64,000 bases of DNA, from the NCBI GenBank assembly GCA_963835575.1, contig CAWIGG010000004.1, forward strand, positions 960,001 to 1,024,000, in the 5' to 3' direction. The notes beneath the pieces were generated by a model, which had not been told where the DNA came from, did no database searches, and saw only the letters and a list, made by a program, of their open reading frames with translations. A program made the translations under genes and the position numbers. The number at the start of each line of letters is the position of its first letter. The stretch's first letter is position 1. Positions 58,801 to 64,000 of the stretch are shown piece after piece. This stretch comes from an uncultured Spirochaetota bacterium (GTDB taxonomy: Bacteria; Spirochaetota; Brevinematia; Brevinematales; JAOACQ01).

Positions 58801-61800
58801 CCTATCGCGCAGAATCATTATGAGATAAACAGGCAGAATGTGGAAATCGCCGGCGTGACGGCTCTGGACCAGGCGGGGAATGAAAGCGAAACGGCCTATG
58901 TCGATGTGAGCTATATTGATATGAATTACCCGCCGGATATTTTCATTAAAAACGTGCCGGAAAGGACTAACGGGAATGTCATCGCCGATATTCAGATACG
59001 GGATGACGGATATATCGCCATGACGAACGTCATACTGGACGCGCAGAACCTGTACGGGACCTGGTCGAACCAGGACGGCTATTTTACGATAGACGGGAAC
59101 GGACCTCATACCCTGACGGTGATTGCCCGCGATGACGACGGGAATACCGTGACGAACGCGGTCTCGTTCGAGATCGATAAAAACGCGCCCAATCCGCCGG
59201 ATTTTGTGACGTGGCAGGCGCAGAGGAAGAACGTCCTCCTGACATGGGGCGAAGTGAATAAAAACGGAAATAACTGCAGTTACCGGGTTTACCTGAATAA
59301 TCAGAACCTTGAGGAAAACTGGCCTTTGAGCAATTATACAATCTCGCCGGCAGATTACGGACGTTTCTCTATAGGCGTGAGCGCCGTCGACAGCCTGGGC
59401 AATGAAAGCGCGGTAAAGTACGTCATCGCCGATACGGAAACAGGCATTGCCGTCAATATCGGCGGAACTCTTGTCAGCGGGAATATCCATGTCGAAGCGG
59501 ATGCGCTTCTCGCTTCAACGCGCTATGACAGTCTCGGCGTCCGGTTAAGCAGCGGGAACAGCGTGAAAAACTGGGATTTCGCCGGCACGAATTATATCAA
59601 TGAGGATTTGAGTTTAGCGGGCATACCCGACGGGGATTATACATTGACCGTCTTTGTTTCCTCAAACGGCGCGCCGGTCAATACGGCCGCGTTTAATACA
59701 AACATCACCGTGGACCAGACGCCTCCGGTCATAGTTCTTGCCGACGGGAACATAACGAACACGGCGCCTTTTATGATCACGCGCAGCGATCATGTGGAAA
59801 TGATCGTGAGCGACGCGCATTACCAGTCCTGCCTTGTGAACACGGGAAATTCGGCGCCCCTCTATTATTACACAAATCATATCGGCCTTTCCATCGCCGG
59901 GGAGGCTTATATCAGCGTCCGGGCGTCCGACGCGGCCGGCAATACGCTCGAAAAGAGCTTCCGGATCGTAAGCGATACGGAGCCGCCGCTGATCGACATC
60001 GCGTACGCAGACGGCTTTATTTTTGGAAGGATTAACGACGCTTATCTAAAAGGCTACAGCCTGTATTCCGGGATGGGGCCCGATTCCATGACAAACCTGT
60101 TCTATTCCTCCGATTTTCCCGCGGACGGGATCATCTCTTCCGTTCCCTTTGGGAGCAGTACCGTAGAGGCGGTCGCATTCGACATGGCGGGGAACACAAA
60201 CACGGCTTTTGTCGATATTCCCCAGAGTAATACAACAAACGCGCCGGACTCGATCGACGAGATCCTGGTGAATAACGGGAGCGGCGTTTACTTTAACGCC
60301 CGTTCAATAGATATTTCATTCAGGGGCAGCCTGGGCGGCTTTGTCCGCTTTGATGTCTTTCAGAATAACAATCCGCTCGTTTCCTCGGGCGATATTCTCC
60401 AGCAGAGCTATACCGTCAGCGGGCTGAACGACGGGGAATACACGCTCCGCGTGAGCGGCTCGGGGCTCTGGAAGGAAAAGAATATCGTGATCGACACGCT
60501 GGGCCCTGTTATCGTCATCGGCACCAACGCTTTCGCGGGGCAGAAGATAAGCTCCGCCGTATCGATCAATGAGCCCAACCCGGCAAACACGGAATACTGG
60601 ATCATGAAAGAAGGGAGCGGCCTGGACCTGCGGCTCGCGGACCCGGACGAGCTTTTTGAACAGGGCCTGTACACCATTCAGGTCAACTGCTCCGACCTCG
60701 CCGGCAACACTGCCGAGAATACCGGGCTGGTGGAAGTCATCGACGCGAGGACGAACTGGCTCGCCGCGCACTTCACCGGCATTACGGACGGCGGATTTTA
60801 TAATTCGCCCGTCAGGCTCGGCATACTGGAAAAGGACACGGCCGTACAGTACCGGGTGAACGGCCTTCCGGGCGGGGATTATCTCGACAAAGAAGGCGTC
60901 TATTACATAGATGTCTCGGCCCGCTCGCTTGTATCGAACATGATCTACACCAACAGCGCCGGCATTACTCTTGATTTTACGCCGCCCCTTATCGTCTGCT
61001 CCATTACGGACGGAGGGTATTATCCCGCGCTTCCGCCCGTTTTCATCGACGACCGCTATTTACTGGACAAAGACATCCGGATAGACGGCATGAGCTATTC
61101 GAACGGCGATATCGGCGACGGCCTTCATTCCATCATGGTCCGGGCATGGGACAGGGCGGGCAACTCGAACAGCTTCGCGGCTTCCTTTAATATAGACACG
61201 GAACCGCCCTCGGTCAGCGTCCAGCCTGCGGACGGTTCCTATACGCAGATAAATTTAACGGTCAGCGCGGACGACGGCGGCGGGATCGCCGGCATGGAAT
61301 ACTCCGTCAACGGGAAAAGCTTCCCGGCGAACGGCTCTTTTGACAGCGAGGGCGATTATTTCCTGACCGTGACGGCTTCCGACAGGGCGGGCAACCAGAC
61401 CTCCGTTTCCAGGTATTATTCCATCGACAGGACGCCTCCGGTGATCGCGCTGAATATAGAAGACGGCGGGTATTACGGAACAAACCTTGTCGTTGCAGGA
61501 ATGAACCAGGACCTTCATCCTTCAACGCTTGATATTTACATAGACGGGTTGAAATACACCGGCTTCGGGATCAATACCGAAGGGCCGCATACCCTCCGCG
61601 CGGCGGCTTCCGACAGGGCCGGCAATTCCTCCGTGAAAGAGGCGCGTTTTATCATCGACGGGACGCCGCCTTTGATCTCTGTGAGCGGCGTCGAAAATAA
61701 CGGCGCGTACAAAATGCCGGTTTCTTATTCCGTCAGCGTTTCCGACCCGAATATCGACAGCTCTGAAATCCTTCTGGACGGCGAGACGGCGCCGATGACG

Positions 61801-64000
61801 GGCTCCGCCGGCACGGAAGGCGACCATCTCCTGAGGATCACGGCAAGGGACAAAGCCGGCAATACAAGCATAAAGGAGATCAATTTCTACTGCGGCGAAA
61901 CACTGCCTCTGCTGGCGATATCGGGCGTGCAGAACGGGATGAGCTACGGCGGCGCCGTGGAATACAGGGTCGAAAAAACAACGTCGGATGTTTTCGACAT
62001 CCATGTCGTTCTGAACGGCGCGGACGCTGCGGAGAACGGCTCCTGCGCAGACGAGGGGACATATACGCTGACGGCGAGTGCGCATGACGCAAGCCTGAAT
62101 TACTTTGAAAGGACAATCCGTTTTAATATCGATAAAACGCCCCCGCGATTTGTCATAACCGGGATTTCTGACGGCGGGTTTTATAACCATCCGGCCGTCT
62201 ACAGCTTCGGCGCGCTGGACGCTAACGGCGCGGACATCGCGGCGTACCATAACGGGGCTCCTATACCTGCGAACGGGACGCTGGACGGCGAGGGGGGCCA
62301 TTCCGTCCGGCTTACGGCTTCCGACATGGCCGGGAACAGGAGCGAAACGAACATCTCTTTTGTCATCGACAGGACCGGGCCGCGCATCAGCATCATAGGC
62401 GCGGAGGACGGCGTCATATACAGGACAAGCCGGTATATCGAGATCGGCATCGACGAAGCGAACCTCGATCATTATTCGGTAAAGATAAACGGCGACGAGA
62501 CGAACGCGACTAATCTCCTGATCTCCGCGGACGGGACATTCAGCCTGGATGTGACGGCGTACGATAAAGCGGGCAACACGGCGGAGGAGCAGGCGAAATT
62601 CATGGTCGATTTGACCCCCCCGCAGATCAGCCTGGAAGACTTTTCGCCATGCATGAATAACCTCAACGCCGGGATCCATATCGCGGACAGCGAGGTTTTC
62701 AATCAATTTTATATCTACCTGAACGGATCGACCGTCATGCGGGCGTCGAACATCGCGGCGGCCGAAACCAATATTTACCTGAGGGACCTTATGATAAACG
62801 GCAGTCCGGCCGTAAGCGGGGACGGGAATTACACGCTGGAAGCCATAGCGATAGACAGGGCGGGCAACCCGGCCGACACGCGCGTCCAGGGCTTTATTTA
62901 CGACACAACCCCGCCGGCGCTGTATTCGCTCTATCCCCCGGACGGCGCGGTGCTGACAAGGGCGGACGTCAGGGCCGTCGTGATGGACCAAAATCTTCAG
63001 AGCGCCTCTGTCTATTTGAACGGCTCGCTCGCGGCGAGCGTGAACAGCGATACGAACATGATCACGCTTCTGCCCGGAGCTGTCACGGCCGAGGGCGTCT
63101 ACCATATGCAGGTGTCCGCGATTGACAAAGCGGGCAATCAGTCCGCCACAAACACCGTTTTTATCATTGATAATACGCCGCCAATCATAACCGTGAACGG
63201 CATTACGCCGGGCGGCTGGTACAACGGAGGCAGGCCCATTACTATTACTAACCTGGACGCGAACCTCGGGGCGTATTACATCACCGACGATTGCCATTAC
63301 ACAAACGGCTGGACGCCATACGCCCATTCAGGCAGCAACGCTGACGGGGTATATTCTTTCAATTCCGCGAATGAAGGCGCCCATACTTTAACGGTGACGG
63401 CCAGCAACAAGGCGGGCTTAATAACGACGACAAATATTGTTTATTATATTGACGAGCATAGCCCGGAATTATGGATAAGAGGCGGCGTTGATATTACGAA
63501 TGGCGGGTTCTACCGCAATGATCCGGGTTTAACCGCCGAAATATTTGATAACATGAACAGTTATGCAATTCCGAATGCCATAGAATCAATCAACCTATGG
63601 GTGTCTTACAGTAATGCCGCAGGATGGGCCGATTATGAAAACTGGACAAATCTCGGAACATATACCCTCGCTCTTTCCGTGAACAAAACTTACAATATCG
63701 GCGCCAGGGCTGTTGATAAAGCCGGGAACGCGTTAATAACCAACATAATTATTACTTTAGATTCAATCCCGCCGGATATCGCCGTTACAGGCGTTACAGA
63801 CAGCGGGAAATATAACAGCAACAGGTTTATAAACGTTACGCTTTCGGACGATTACCTGGACCCCACCCGGTGCCTTGTCCGGCTTGACGGCGCCGATCAG
63901 GGGCCTCTGGCGCTGGCCGGAAGAGACCTGACAATGAACGTTCCGGACAGCCGGGAATCAAGCAATAAGGAACTGTTTGTCGAGGCCTTTGACAGGGCGG
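55891..64000 (+). CDS. Giant surface lipoprotein: subtilisin-like S8 peptidase, FN3-like domains and many bacterial Ig-like repeats (runs off the window; not in the ORF track)
   Basis: GTG start after GGAGA; MKRWAVFLIFFLFFSC lipobox; catalytic motifs FDVG (about 56665), HGTHISG (56764), AAGN, GTSQA (about 57259); repeated D-x-AGN...IDxTPP units; same frame at every point checked through 64000. Confidence 0.88.
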   Translation, partial: MKRWAVFLIFFLFFSCDKMARDQGAKKPEGRSDRAALTENGGRPLLNEKNEEAARFLEKYPVRKGFENGKEIIAIGNVKFTGIGFNSSLVKKDPESYIIEIRQYNDEYKGYLAKNGIVIGYYVPDNELIVRCPKDIQELRRLNGIKSVIPYQPFMKIAEADGDTAGIKKAKVMLWEKADRAWFEEYSRKNGVRIMAKAGNDYMVETEDIKPLLFEDRVLRVEKYREPAVFSFSANEIEKVLTINNPAYLRDAPVAVSVFDVGVDSSQNNLSGALRNVFDTALDGDKGEFVSHGTHISGIIAGRGNNSMGGVSGVNPEAKIDFYAMGDSLKGLIIPPSMADLFNTSINNNAYIANLSWGTYDDGNEGRYLSISRDIDEFIYEHPGFIIIAAAGNNGVSIASPATAKNVISVGALDGNALASYSPTNFCYDGRVKPDITVQGSAVNSLNLNNGYIVLNGTSQAAALVSGFVSKIYYGMKMDFGISPTHSAVKSVLAASSGDAETKNGYGYGKLFFNTPFSKKYYDIENLEGPSGVMEFSRWLTNGDEIRAVLSWTDPPAYEFALYALIDNYELEIETPDGEKIRTGDPLDNIKKITYHTTKAGVYFFRIIPAGVPLPVRDMTLVVRSLAGVIENPPQETNQNPNPVSGGPQSSGNLLADQVLHDAPSDIQSEVQTMLQENGSSSSPAMNPQSGNNGQTGGVPADPGTALGGLSSASNAAAEYQLYRKYGINAYSLRGLGFDDVDFIGATFSISNLPDQYFTVPVKSFTNANDTNEGYKKVQLNIPDSSAILNSSLLVKNDNTQETNAVSVKFILDSTAPSFGDRDPLNNGILTSPSAWIEIIDTQSGVDTNFTVSVNGAALSNGQYDYNYGNNKLTLYLDRVLVLTNVNIVDVRLINVCDMVGNAAPAEEWKFITYITNNTTPPAKPEGLTAHVSNRTVFLDWHANRETDLKGYKVYLVKGDYSSSEPLTAAPIAQNHYEINRQNVEIAGVTALDQAGNESETAYVDVSYIDMNYPPDIFIKNVPERTNGNVIADIQIRDDGYIAMTNVILDAQNLYGTWSNQDGYFTIDGNGPHTLTVIARDDDGNTVTNAVSFEIDKNAPNPPDFVTWQAQRKNVLLTWGEVNKNGNNCSYRVYLNNQNLEENWPLSNYTISPADYGRFSIGVSAVDSLGNESAVKYVIADTETGIAVNIGGTLVSGNIHVEADALLASTRYDSLGVRLSSGNSVKNWDFAGTNYINEDLSLAGIPDGDYTLTVFVSSNGAPVNTAAFNTNITVDQTPPVIVLADGNITNTAPFMITRSDHVEMIVSDAHYQSCLVNTGNSAPLYYYTNHIGLSIAGEAYISVRASDAAGNTLEKSFRIVSDTEPPLIDIAYADGFIFGRINDAYLKGYSLYSGMGPDSMTNLFYSSDFPADGIISSVPFGSSTVEAVAFDMAGNTNTAFVDIPQSNTTNAPDSIDEILVNNGSGVYFNARSIDISFRGSLGGFVRFDVFQNNNPLVSSGDILQQSYTVSGLNDGEYTLRVSGSGLWKEKNIVIDTLGPVIVIGTNAFAGQKISSAVSINEPNPANTEYWIMKEGSGLDLRLADPDELFEQGLYTIQVNCSDLAGNTAENTGLVEVIDARTNWLAAHFTGITDGGFYNSPVRLGILEKDTAVQYRVNGLPGGDYLDKEGVYYIDVSARSLVSNMIYTNSAGITLDFTPPLIVCSITDGGYYPALPPVFIDDRYLLDKDIRIDGMSYSNGDIGDGLHSIMVRAWDRAGNSNSFAASFNIDTEPPSVSVQPADGSYTQINLTVSADDGGGIAGMEYSVNGKSFPANGSFDSEGDYFLTVTASDRAGNQTSVSRYYSIDRTPPVIALNIEDGGYYGTNLVVAGMNQDLHPSTLDIYIDGLKYTGFGINTEGPHTLRAAASDRAGNSSVKEARFIIDGTPPLISVSGVENNGAYKMPVSYSVSVSDPNIDSSEILLDGETAPMTGSAGTEGDHLLRITARDKAGNTSIKEINFYCGETLPLLAISGVQNGMSYGGAVEYRVEKTTSDVFDIHVVLNGADAAENGSCADEGTYTLTASAHDASLNYFERTIRFNIDKTPPRFVITGISDGGFYNHPAVYSFGALDANGADIAAYHNGAPIPANGTLDGEGGHSVRLTASDMAGNRSETNISFVIDRTGPRISIIGAEDGVIYRTSRYIEIGIDEANLDHYSVKINGDETNATNLLISADGTFSLDVTAYDKAGNTAEEQAKFMVDLTPPQISLEDFSPCMNNLNAGIHIADSEVFNQFYIYLNGSTVMRASNIAAAETNIYLRDLMINGSPAVSGDGNYTLEAIAIDRAGNPADTRVQGFIYDTTPPALYSLYPPDGAVLTRADVRAVVMDQNLQSASVYLNGSLAASVNSDTNMITLLPGAVTAEGVYHMQVSAIDKAGNQSATNTVFIIDNTPPIITVNGITPGGWYNGGRPITITNLDANLGAYYITDDCHYTNGWTPYAHSGSNADGVYSFNSANEGAHTLTVTASNKAGLITTTNIVYYIDEHSPELWIRGGVDITNGGFYRNDPGLTAEIFDNMNSYAIPNAIESINLWVSYSNAAGWADYENWTNLGTYTLALSVNKTYNIGARAVDKAGNALITNIIITLDSIPPDIAVTGVTDSGKYNSNRFINVTLSDDYLDPTRCLVRLDGADQGPLALAGRDLTMNVPDSRESSNKELFVEAFDRA

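Noticed and set aside
61522..63327. 601-aa minus-strand ORF and other ORFs within 56600-63300
   Set aside because: Antisense or off-frame shadows of the GC-rich giant plus-strand gene.

Overview
Chromosomal window from a bacterium that is probably a spirochaete. This is inferred from the RpoB/RpoC/NusG sequence style, a spirochaete-type lipobox and the absence of tuf from the secE cluster. The housekeeping backbone has mtaB, a SurA/PrsA-like chaperone, a NusG-II/Gx transporter pair, a GH94 phosphorylase, two diguanylate cyclases, an [FeFe]-hydrogenase maturation operon (TM1266-hydG-SDR-hydE-aspA-like, with no hydF in the window), qor, aroA and tRNA-Thr-rpmG-tRNA-Trp-secE-nusG-rplKAJL-rpoBC. 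A >2700-aa S8 protease/Ig-repeat lipoprotein runs off the right end. Accessory DNA includes a Lamassu (ABC three-component) defence operon followed by a truncated GIY-YIG nuclease, three IS1182/IS5-like elements, a HigBA-like TA pair, a DUF2971-like gene and several AT-rich orphans. The most striking signal is non-coding. Most AT-rich accessory genes sit inside or against composite, mirror-ordered ('matryoshka') inverted-repeat arms built from a shared set of short modules with roughly 9-bp or 7-bp periodicity plus REP-like hairpins. One such locus is empty, two share the same flanks but carry different cargo, and one contains an integron-type gene cassette with an IS in its attC and no integrase. 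This suggests an undescribed repeat-bounded gene-capture or cargo-exchange platform (inference). All calls come from reading the sequence by eye; no database searches were run.
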